Source: a virus
Taxonomy: Duplodnaviria > Caudoviricetes
DNA length: 64,000 bases
Strand: one strand, 5' to 3'
Virus record (IMG/VR): IMGVR_UViG_2825252539_000001
Location: 1-64,000 of that record
Positions 9,182 through 17,001 of the stretch are shown piece by piece. The notes beneath the pieces are model-generated. The model searched no databases. It saw only the letters and a program-made list of their open reading frames with translations, and was not told where the DNA came from. Within the stretch, counting starts at the first letter, position 1. Each line of letters opens with the position of its first letter. Both the position numbers and the translations under genes were made by a program.

Positions 9182-10107
9182 TGAAGAAGATCGCCATCGC
9201 CCTCGCCGCCAGCGTCGCCGCCGTCGGCCTCACGGCTGGATCGTGTGAGTCGTCGCCGGGTAGGGTCACTACACCCGAGGGTATGTGTGCCTACCTTGTG
9301 GGTAATGGCAACCAGCTCAACGGAAACCGGACCGTTAACGACATCATCTACCCGGGCAACTCGCGCGATTACAACCAGGACTACGACCAGGCCAAGTACT
9401 TCCCCTGTGGTCCTCGGAACTACATCGTCAGCCCCAACAGCGGTGATGCCGGCGGCAAGGATCTCCTCGTGGGTCGAACGAAGCAGGGGACCAGTGTGCA
9501 GGTCTCGGCGTCGGCGTATTGGATGCCTAACCTTCAGGAATCCGTTCTGCGCCAGTTCATCACGCTGTGCCAGAAGTACAACTGCGCCAACGACAACCTC
9601 GACGGCAACAGCAACGCGTCCAACTTCGCCAGCCCAGGTTGGAACGGAATGCTCGCCGAGAACTTCCACCCTGCATTCCAGCGCGCTGCGGCGGCAGTAC
9701 TGCCCACCATCGACGACTCGGCGTGGCAGTCGGCGAACCAGGATGAGCGAAACAAACTGGCCGCCGGCATGTCTGATCGATTTCTCACCGAACTGCAGAC
9801 GGTGACTGGGTTCACGGCTCCACTGTTCTGCTCGTCGGGGTCGACAGGTTCCAAGACCAGCTTCGATTGCGGCAACATTCGCATCGTGGTGGACTACGTT
9901 GCCGCTGCCGACAACTCGCTCCAGCAGCAGACCGACGAGAACATCAAGCGCCAGCGCGAGATCGAGATGCAAAGGCAGGCCGCTCAAGCGCGGATCGATC
10001 TGACAAACCAGCTCTACGGCCCCGACCTCGGCGCTGTCGTGCGGGCTTGCCAGGACGTCCAGTCGAGTTGCGTCATCGCCAATTCGCCTGTGCAGGTGCA
10101 CAAGTAG
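9181..10107 (+). CDS. Lipoprotein, probable SPFH/Band-7-like
   Basis: Signal MKKIAIALAASVAAVGLTAGSC with lipobox-like Cys; C-terminal Ala/Gln coiled coil; GWNGML...F motif resembling actinophage Band-7 proteins. Confidence 0.55.
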   Translation: MKKIAIALAASVAAVGLTAGSCESSPGRVTTPEGMCAYLVGNGNQLNGNRTVNDIIYPGNSRDYNQDYDQAKYFPCGPRNYIVSPNSGDAGGKDLLVGRTKQGTSVQVSASAYWMPNLQESVLRQFITLCQKYNCANDNLDGNSNASNFASPGWNGMLAENFHPAFQRAAAAVLPTIDDSAWQSANQDERNKLAAGMSDRFLTELQTVTGFTAPLFCSSGSTGSKTSFDCGNIRIVVDYVAAADNSLQQQTDENIKRQREIEMQRQAAQARIDLTNQLYGPDLGAVVRACQDVQSSCVIANSPVQVHK

Positions 10108-10292
10108 ATGTAAGCCACGAACATTGGCTGAAACCCTCCCGTCCGTACGCAAGGGTAGGGGAGAGTCGGGACCGATTCGGGTTCGTACGGTCGGACACTT
10201 GGTCACTGACATTGTTCCCACCCGTGACGGGGCGCGCATGTCACGGAGGCTTGAGCACGCGCAACTACAACAAATGAGATGGGAAATTCCTG

Positions 10293-11858
10293 ATGTTCAA
10301 GCGCATCTGGGGTTGGCTCGCCACCCTCCTGCTCGTGGGACTGATGGTCGCCCCCGGGGCGTCCGCTGACCCGTACACCGACGGCCTGGTTAAGAAGTTC
10401 AACCAGACGACCCACGTCGTCACCGATCCCGCGGCCAAGCCGCCGCTGACCAACGGTCCGGCGTTGAATGACCAGATCGTGCAGGGCCGGCGCCCGATTT
10501 ATGTCGCCGTCGTCGCGCCGCCACAGTCGGGCGTGACCACCCCGGACTCGCTGTATTTAGCTTGGACACGGGTGCGCGGTCGATTCGAGGGCGTGCTCCT
10601 GGTGATGGACGCCAAGGGCTATCACGTTCGGGGATTCAACGTCCCTCAGCAGGTCGCCAATAGCATCAACCCGCTCATCGCCCAGTCGATCGCAGAACAC
10701 CGCAATGACCCTGCCGGCACCCTGTCGGCGTTCGTGAGCAAGCTCTCCCAGGTCAAGCCAGCTCCACTCTCGGCGCCCGCGGCACAGACGCATGAGCCGC
10801 GATCATGGACGTGGCTGTGGGTCACCCTGAGCATCATTGGCGGCGTCATCGTGCTCGCCCTGCTGATCTGGGGCGTCAGTGCATACGCTCGCCGTCGCTC
10901 GGCGAAGCGCGAGGAATTGGAGAATCTCCAGGATTCGATTATCGGTGTCGAGGCTGGCGCCGATGACCTAGCCTCTGCGGTGCTCAAGAGCATGGTCGAC
11001 GTCTCCAGCGAGCAGTCCAAGGTATCGCTCGCGCTCGCGGATGCGAAGAAGGCCTTCAAGGACAAGGACTATGCGACGGCGCGTTCACACCTCGCGGTAG
11101 CGAACAAGTACATCGCAGCAGCCAATGCGAAACTGAAGCCGCCCGTGCCGGCCGGCGAGACCTTCACGACGGTCAATGAGAAGCGGGCAGCTGCGAGGGT
11201 GGAATCGGAGCCGACGGAACGCCGGCAGGGCTCGGTCAGGGCCACGAACCCGGACACCGGCCGCAAGGTCACGATCAAGAACTACAACTACCGAACCAAT
11301 GAGACCGCGCAGTACCCGCACTATTACGGCGGCGGCTACCTCAATGGGCTGTACTTCCATCCCGGCTATTACCCGTACCCGTTCTGGGGCGCCGGCTGGG
11401 CCTGGTCACCGGTTGATGTTCTGTTGACCCACGAGCTGCTTGCCGACCACTGGGAGGGCGCCGCGAGCACCCCGACGTACGATGCCGGCTACGACACACA
11501 GGCTAGTACAGAAGCGGCCGGCTGGAACGAAGACACGAACTTCGCCGGCACGACAACAGATGCAGGGTTTGACGGTTCCGACGTCAGCACCACCGATTCA
11601 TCCTCGTCGGACTTCAGCTACGCCGGTTCCGATGACACGCCGTCGTACTCGTCCAATTCAGACAGCGACTACTCTGGCAGCTCCTCGTCATCGAGCGATA
11701 GTTACAGCTCAAGCTACGACTCCGGGAGTAGCGGTTACAGCAGCAGCTACGATTCATCGAGCTACGACTCCGGATCATCCACCAGTAGTTGGGATTCCGG
11801 CGGTTCAAGCTACGACTCGGGCAGCAGTTCAAGCGGGTTCGACTCCGGAGGTTGGTAA
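10293..11858 (+). CDS. Membrane protein with TPM-like extracellular domain and Ser/Asp/Gly/Tyr-rich tail
   Basis: Signal peptide, central TM helix, helical region, SSSYDSG repeats and terminal GGW as in TPM-domain proteins. Confidence 0.65.
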   Translation: MFKRIWGWLATLLLVGLMVAPGASADPYTDGLVKKFNQTTHVVTDPAAKPPLTNGPALNDQIVQGRRPIYVAVVAPPQSGVTTPDSLYLAWTRVRGRFEGVLLVMDAKGYHVRGFNVPQQVANSINPLIAQSIAEHRNDPAGTLSAFVSKLSQVKPAPLSAPAAQTHEPRSWTWLWVTLSIIGGVIVLALLIWGVSAYARRRSAKREELENLQDSIIGVEAGADDLASAVLKSMVDVSSEQSKVSLALADAKKAFKDKDYATARSHLAVANKYIAAANAKLKPPVPAGETFTTVNEKRAAARVESEPTERRQGSVRATNPDTGRKVTIKNYNYRTNETAQYPHYYGGGYLNGLYFHPGYYPYPFWGAGWAWSPVDVLLTHELLADHWEGAASTPTYDAGYDTQASTEAAGWNEDTNFAGTTTDAGFDGSDVSTTDSSSSDFSYAGSDDTPSYSSNSDSDYSGSSSSSSDSYSSSYDSGSSGYSSSYDSSSYDSGSSTSSWDSGGSSYDSGSSSSGFDSGGW

Positions 11859-12068
11859 GTGACCTCTTGGAAGATGTCGGAGACGCAGCAGGGCATAGTC
11901 TTGCGAAACGTCAGATCGAATCTGGGCGTGTATATCGAGCGTCTGCGGAACCTTCCGCACAGCCCGCATATCGACCAGGCCATCAATCACATGTACGAAG
12001 CGATCGATGAAATCGACCTGACTGCGGACAGCCGCGAGATTGTTCTCGCGGCGAAGATGCCGACTTAG
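11859..12068 (+). CDS. Hypothetical protein
   Basis: 69-aa ORF abutting the upstream stop, SD GGAGG upstream. Confidence 0.6.
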   Translation: MTSWKMSETQQGIVLRNVRSNLGVYIERLRNLPHSPHIDQAINHMYEAIDEIDLTADSREIVLAAKMPT

Positions 12069-12175
12069 ATTTAGCGGCGGCATAGGCGGTTCCTACTAAA
12101 CCTTTCATTTTGCGAACAAAATACCGCCCGCCCCATAAAGCTTAGGTGCATAGGTAGTTCCTACAATGACGCCCA

Positions 12176-12247
12176 TCGGCAGGTCGCAGGTTCGAATCCT
12201 GCCCGCGTAGCGTTAGCTACGTGGTAGCTCAGTGGCAGAGCAGCCGA
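12176..12247 (+). ncRNA. Circularly permuted tRNA module in array unit 2 (YrlA-like)
   Basis: TCGGC, variable AGGTC, T arm GCAGG-TTCGAAT-CCTGC, loop-closed acceptor CCGCGTAGC-GTTA-GCTACGTGG, D arm TAGCTCAGTGGCAGAGC, GCCGA. Confidence 0.9.
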
Positions 12248-12542
12248 CTCTACAGTAATACTCCCCGCACCTAATTTCGATGTGGCATAGAGAGTTCCTA
12301 CTACCTTGTTAATTTGCAAACACCATTACTCTCCGCTGCGTCAACTTACCTGTGGCACAGAAGGTTCCTCCAAAATTCCTGCTAATGAACATACCTTCCG
12401 CCGCTTAAGACTCAAGGAGTTTCGCACTAAGATTCGATAGTCGGTGGCATAGGCGGTTCCTCCATTAACTTTCAATTGGTGAATCAAATACCGCTCGCCA
12501 CTCATTTTACCGGCATAGGTAGTTCCTCCATTAACCTGTGGA

Positions 12543-12614
12543 GCCGGATGTCGCTGGTTCGAGTCCAGCCATCCCGTCAATGACGGGGTGTAGCTCAGTT
12601 GGAAGAGCGCCGGC
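12543..12614 (+). ncRNA. Circularly permuted tRNA module in array unit 6 (YrlA-like)
   Basis: GCCGG, ATGTC, T arm GCTGG-TTCGAGT-CCAGC, loop-closed acceptor CATCCCGTC-AAT-GACGGGGTG, D arm TAGCTCAGTTGGAAGAGC, CCGGC. Confidence 0.9.
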
Positions 12615-12784
12615 CTGAATTTACTACCCGCCACATAACAACCGATGGCATAGAGGGTTCCTACCAAACCTTTGAATGGATCAGATTTACCCTCCGCTGC
12701 CGGATAACTGCGGCATAGAACGTTCCTCCAAAAACTTCCTGCTAATGAATCATACGTTCCGCCGCTTACAACAAAGGATCTGAC

Positions 12785-14641
12785 ATGGAATCATCGCTGC
12801 GTTTGTTCAAGGCTGTCCTGGTCAACAACCATGACGGCAAGCCGGATGCGTTCGCAGCCCTCGCTGCGCAGACCGTGAAGAATGGTTTCATCTTCGCACC
12901 CGAGGTCGCGACGGAGTACGCGCACACTCAGCTGGTTCAGCAGGTCGACAAGCTGTTCGGCCGAAATGCCGCACAGCTCAACAACTCTTTCCATAAGTCG
13001 TTCGCTAAGGTGCGCGACGCATCGATCCTGCAGCTGTGGGTCGAACAGTCGTTGCACTACCTGACGACGTACGGATTCGAGCACCTCGGCATCTTCAGCA
13101 ATGACACCATCTACGTTCCGAAAGAGGCACTCGACCTCCCTGACATCGACGGCATTCGCCTCGTCGTCATCCGCGGCCTTACCCACCGTGAGATGAAAGC
13201 CGAGCTGCTGAAGCTCCTGGCGACCGGCATCGCCCTATCGCAGCAGTCGGTGACCGATTGCGTGGATGTCGCGCAAGTGCTCACCCTCACACAGGACGAG
13301 GTCGAATCGGTCAAGAACCGCGAAGTCAAGGCCGCCCTCTACGACCACTTCGGCATGGTGCCGTCCGACCCGGTGGAGTTCCTGCGGTTCGTCGTCTACC
13401 GGGCAACTGAGAAGACGCTGCTCATCAAGAACGCCGAGCTGATCAGTGCGCTCAAGACTCGCAACAACAACGACCTGGTCCGCTACTTCCAGGCCTACGA
13501 CGCCGCCAAGCTCGCCACGATCTTCAACCGGTATAAGCCGATCTTTCTTGCGCTGCGGACCAACCCGGCGCTGAAGAAGAAGATCAACCAGGTTCGCCGG
13601 CTGGCCGTGGCCAACCATAAGCCGATGCCCGAGGACTACCTCAACTCGATCACCGCCCGCCTGACGCGGAACGAAGGGATCGATATCCGGGATCTGTCGG
13701 CGAACCTCCAGGCCGCCAACGTCTTCCGCAAGATCCGCCTGGCCTACGCTCTGAAGTTCCGCACCACCAACCCGGATTCGATCCTGTACCGGGTGCGCAA
13801 CGGTAAGTCGTTCGCCAAGGCGTTCTCGTTCACCAACAACAACGTCGAGCACATCTACCAGTACGTCCTGGCGTCCATCGTCAACGACGTCCGGCCGAAT
13901 GTCGCCGGCAAGACGGTCTACATCCCGAAGGGTCTGACGTACGCCCTGCCGGCTACGGAGAAGCAGTTTACTGGCAACCTCCCAACGGGGACGTGCGTCG
14001 AGGTCACCGATGATCTGATCGCAGGCGTCCACTGGCTGGATGTAGATGGCAGCACCATCGATCTCGATCTCTCCATCGCGAACCTCGGCGGAAAGATCGG
14101 GTGGGACGCCCGCTACCGCACGGGTCAGGCTCTCTACTCGGGCGACCTCACCGCGGCACCGCCGCCCCACGGCGCCTCGGAGGTCTTCCGGATCACCGGC
14201 CCGGGCTCGTGGCTGATGTCGGTGAACTACTACAACTACCGCGACAACGTGGACGTGCCGTTCAAGATCATCGCCGGCAGCGACAGCGCGAAGATGATCA
14301 CGGCCAACCGCGTCATCGATCCGAAGTCGGTTGTGGCGTTCAGCAACTCGGTGATGGACGTCCAGCAGAAGACGCTGGGCCTCATTGTCGCCGACCACGA
14401 GAGCAAGCGCTTCTACTTCACCGAAGCGGACTTCATGAAGAGTCGGTCGGCTCGCCATACCACGGCAGCCGAGCACACCCGGCGGTACCTCTACTCGTAC
14501 TACGAGAACACGATCAACCTGAACGACGTTCTCATCGCGGCCGGCGCGATCCTGATCGATACCCCGGAGCAGGCCGACATCGACCTGTCGCCCGAGGCCG
14601 TCGACAAGACGACGATCATCAACCTACTGACGGCGGCATGA
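12785..14641 (+). CDS. 618-aa protein with helical basic N-terminal region and TerD-like C-terminal domain; candidate partner of the RNA array
   Basis: SD AAAGGA; strong phage codon bias; C-terminal VHW...DLDLS...IGWD...YSGDLTAAP...GASE...VNYY motif is TerD-like; N-terminal FHKSF...QSLHYLTTYG. Confidence 0.7.
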   Translation: MESSLRLFKAVLVNNHDGKPDAFAALAAQTVKNGFIFAPEVATEYAHTQLVQQVDKLFGRNAAQLNNSFHKSFAKVRDASILQLWVEQSLHYLTTYGFEHLGIFSNDTIYVPKEALDLPDIDGIRLVVIRGLTHREMKAELLKLLATGIALSQQSVTDCVDVAQVLTLTQDEVESVKNREVKAALYDHFGMVPSDPVEFLRFVVYRATEKTLLIKNAELISALKTRNNNDLVRYFQAYDAAKLATIFNRYKPIFLALRTNPALKKKINQVRRLAVANHKPMPEDYLNSITARLTRNEGIDIRDLSANLQAANVFRKIRLAYALKFRTTNPDSILYRVRNGKSFAKAFSFTNNNVEHIYQYVLASIVNDVRPNVAGKTVYIPKGLTYALPATEKQFTGNLPTGTCVEVTDDLIAGVHWLDVDGSTIDLDLSIANLGGKIGWDARYRTGQALYSGDLTAAPPPHGASEVFRITGPGSWLMSVNYYNYRDNVDVPFKIIAGSDSAKMITANRVIDPKSVVAFSNSVMDVQQKTLGLIVADHESKRFYFTEADFMKSRSARHTTAAEHTRRYLYSYYENTINLNDVLIAAGAILIDTPEQADIDLSPEAVDKTTIINLLTAA

Positions 14642-16116
14642 TCCTTCTCTTGGGGCTGTTGGCCTACTTGGTCATTGGTCTGTTCTTCAGTCGGTGGGCC
14701 TACCGGACGCACCTTTGGATCAAAGACGGGGACGTGATCTGGCTGATCTTGTTCTGGCCAGTGATCGCCGTCCTTCGGCCAGCGGTCAGGTTCTTCCGAT
14801 GGTTCTACAAACGCCCCGCGGATAAGCGCAAGGGAGCTTGATGGCAAAGGGTGATCCCGAACGTCAGGCGAAGTGGCAGGCGCGCTCAGAAGAATGGGCG
14901 CGTCTTGCCACGCTGTCGAACGACGTCCACATCATCTTTCAGTGTGAAGCCTCTTCGAGGTATTGCGCGAGCATGGCTGAGTTCTGGAGCAAGTGGTGAC
15001 GGACTCTCGCGATCCCGCACTGCGGTGGTTCTTCGCTGGCACTGAGATCAGCGAGGAGAAAGCGTTGTGGCTGGAGGACTCGGGCCAAGCACATGTTGCT
15101 CAAGGCTCATCGGGAGGCGCGCGCTCGCTTCCGGTCGGGGAAGTCTTCACTGACGACGAAAAGCCCGATGGCCCATGGTGTCTCATGAAAGCCGGTCCAG
15201 GCAATGTGTGGATCGAGAAACGCGAGGGCGACTGCCCTGAATGCGGCCAGCCTTGGAAGACCCATCTCCGCCCGGTGTGGGTCCGAAAAGACAAGGACCA
15301 CCGCTGCGTCGAGACGCCCCCACTCACTATCTGCCCGTTCTGCGGTGAGATCGGTGTCTACTGGGAAGACCGCGGGCCGGCGTACAACAGTTACCTCGGA
15401 TACGAGGTTCGAGCAGCTGGCATTCGACACTTCAACGGCGAATCGCACGAGGATTGGTAGTGACAGAGAAATCAGGCGTCACCGGTAAGACAGTAATCCA
15501 ACTGGCCCGCACAATCAGTGCGAAGGACCGTGAAGCCGCTCGCGCTCAACGGTCTAGCGAAGAACAGTTGGCACTTCTCGATACCCGCCCCGGGAAGTCG
15601 CAGAAAGAGCGCGCACGGCTCGCCGGCTGATGGAACTCGGCGACACGATGATGGAGGAGCCGTTCGACTGGGACGGCTACTTCGACGATCAAGAGCGCGA
15701 CTACACCATCGCGATGCTCACCTGCCCGTACTACTGGAATGAGCGGATCGAAGGCGCGACATGTCGAAACGGATGCGTTGAAGAGCCCGCCTGCCACACG
15801 GGAGGTCCATTCGAGTTTCCGCCCGATTGGCCACCTGAACGGTGCTTATCCCGCGCTGTTGACCGACACGTGCACGAACACCCACCAGCGTGAGGAACCC
15901 ATGACCGCATACTCAGTCCACTTCACCACGCCGGCATCAAGAATCGTCCGCGTAGAAGCGGATGACCCCGACGAGGCTATCGAAAAGGCGGACAACGAGG
16001 TTGGCTGTGTCCTCTGTCATCAGTGCGCCGGGGAGATTGATCTAGCCGGCGTGTGGGAGCCCGTTGTGGTATTCGACGATGACAAGAACGAAGTCGCCTG
16101 GGAAGACCGCATCTAG
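14638..16116 (+). CDS. Small hypothetical ORFs (14638-14841 membrane, 14993-15460, 15630-15893, 15901-16116)
   Basis: Co-oriented ORFs with overlaps or SDs; several CxxC motifs. Confidence 0.55.
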
Positions 16117-16142
16117 ACCCCGGTTTCTTGCCTCCGGTCAAA

Positions 16143-16720
16143 GGGTAAGTGGTGGAGTGCGAATGCACCCTAGGCCCGACGGTGGCGCCGCTGTTGGCTA
16201 AAGGTTGGTCACTACCCGAGAGGCTGAAAGTGTGACACAGCTTGGCGCTGGGTACTCCCGGCGTTGCCCCGCAGATTGTGCTGGCATAGGCAGGGAGGGC
16301 TTCATGCCCGAATGCTCCAGCCGGGGGAGCGGAGCGGATCTCGCAAATCCATTAAACCGCACCGGTAGACATGACTCCGTAGACAGTCCGGTGAGCCTAG
16401 TCGCTAGGGAGATTGCGAGTAGTACCTAGGCGCGTGGATGCAACCACAATTTTGAGGACTCGTCCTCGGCAGACTCGCTAGGCGACAGCGGGATTCTGTT
16501 TAGCAAGTTTGAGACACGGCCAGCGGTACACCACCTCCCGCCTTGTGAGGGTTGCCACGCACCCAAGAAGCCGAAAAGCGTGGCTCAAACTTCCCTGCTG
16601 TCCTCCGTGTCGATTCAAAATCGACCAACCGTCGACTGCTGCAGATGCCGGGTGGAGACCCGGAGTGGGGAACGGTGTCGGCCTGTCACCGAAATCAACA
16701 GAGCCAGGGTGGCAACCTTG
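16143..16720 (+). ncRNA. Large structured non-coding RNA region
   Basis: No credible ORF. Nested helices GTGGT/ACCAC, CCTAGG/CCTAGG, CTCGCAA/TTGCGAG, CACCGG/CCGGTG and AAGTTTGAG/CTCAAACTT; T-loop-like hairpin CCGGG-TGGAGA-CCCGG. Confidence 0.6.
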
Positions 16721-16730
16721 ATAGCCAAGT

Positions 16731-16807
16731 GTGTGAGTAGCCCAAAAGACAGAGGCCGCTGGTAACTCGGCGTGAATGTGCGGGTAGAAATCCCGTCTCA
16801 CACACCA
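16731..16807 (+). ncRNA. tRNA-like element with encoded CCA but a shortened anticodon loop
   Basis: Acceptor GTGTGAG/CTCACAC+ACCA, D-like TAGCCCAAAAGACAGAGGC, CGCTGG-TAAC-TCGGCG, T arm GCGGG-TAGAAAT-CCCGT. Confidence 0.75.
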
Positions 16808-17001
16808 GACTTCCCCTCGGGCATCCTAGGAAAGCGGTTATCCCGGCTGTTGGGGCCTTCCGGCAGCGAATCGGCACCCGTAGACCCAGGGGAACCCCGT
16901 GTCAGTAGGCGGCAACAATCCTGTGGTGGGTGAGCCACACCAGCCGAAGCGACCTTCAACCAGTCCGCACGGGGACAAACTTCGACGCCCCAAGGAGGGC
17001 A

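Larger units (their letters stand above)
12076..12765 (+). ncRNA. Tandem array of eight Y-RNA-like structured units
   Basis: Units at about 12076-12134, 12142-12274, 12279-12342, 12352-12404, 12444-12501, 12512-12632, 12642-12703 and 12710-12765. Each is (G/T)GCA(T/C)AG-NNN-GTTCCT(A/C)C...TAC-N'N'N'-(C/T)CGC, with compensatory NNN/N'N'N' pairs. Confidence 0.9.

Noticed and set aside
11600-11855. AGCTACGACTCC-type DNA repeats as a non-coding repeat array
   Set aside because: They are explained by the SSSYDSG protein repeats, with synonymous variation.
12248-12254. Amber-suppressor loop CT-CTA-CA after the unit 2 anticodon stem
   Set aside because: The loop is not closed in the permuted topology and lacks purine 37; it cannot be claimed as a suppressor.
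12176-12614. Conventional tRNA genes at the two TTCGA T arms
   Set aside because: Arm order is permuted (T arm before D arm), the acceptor stem is loop-closed and there is no CCA end.
12076-12765. CRISPR array interpretation of the repeats
   Set aside because: The repeats are bipartite and pair across each unit with compensatory changes; unit lengths vary from about 53 to 133 nt; no cas operon is present.
16143-16807. tmRNA call for the large structured region
   Set aside because: No GGGG 5' end or Ala acceptor identity and no recognisable tag ORF; the CCA-bearing acceptor pairs locally at 16731.
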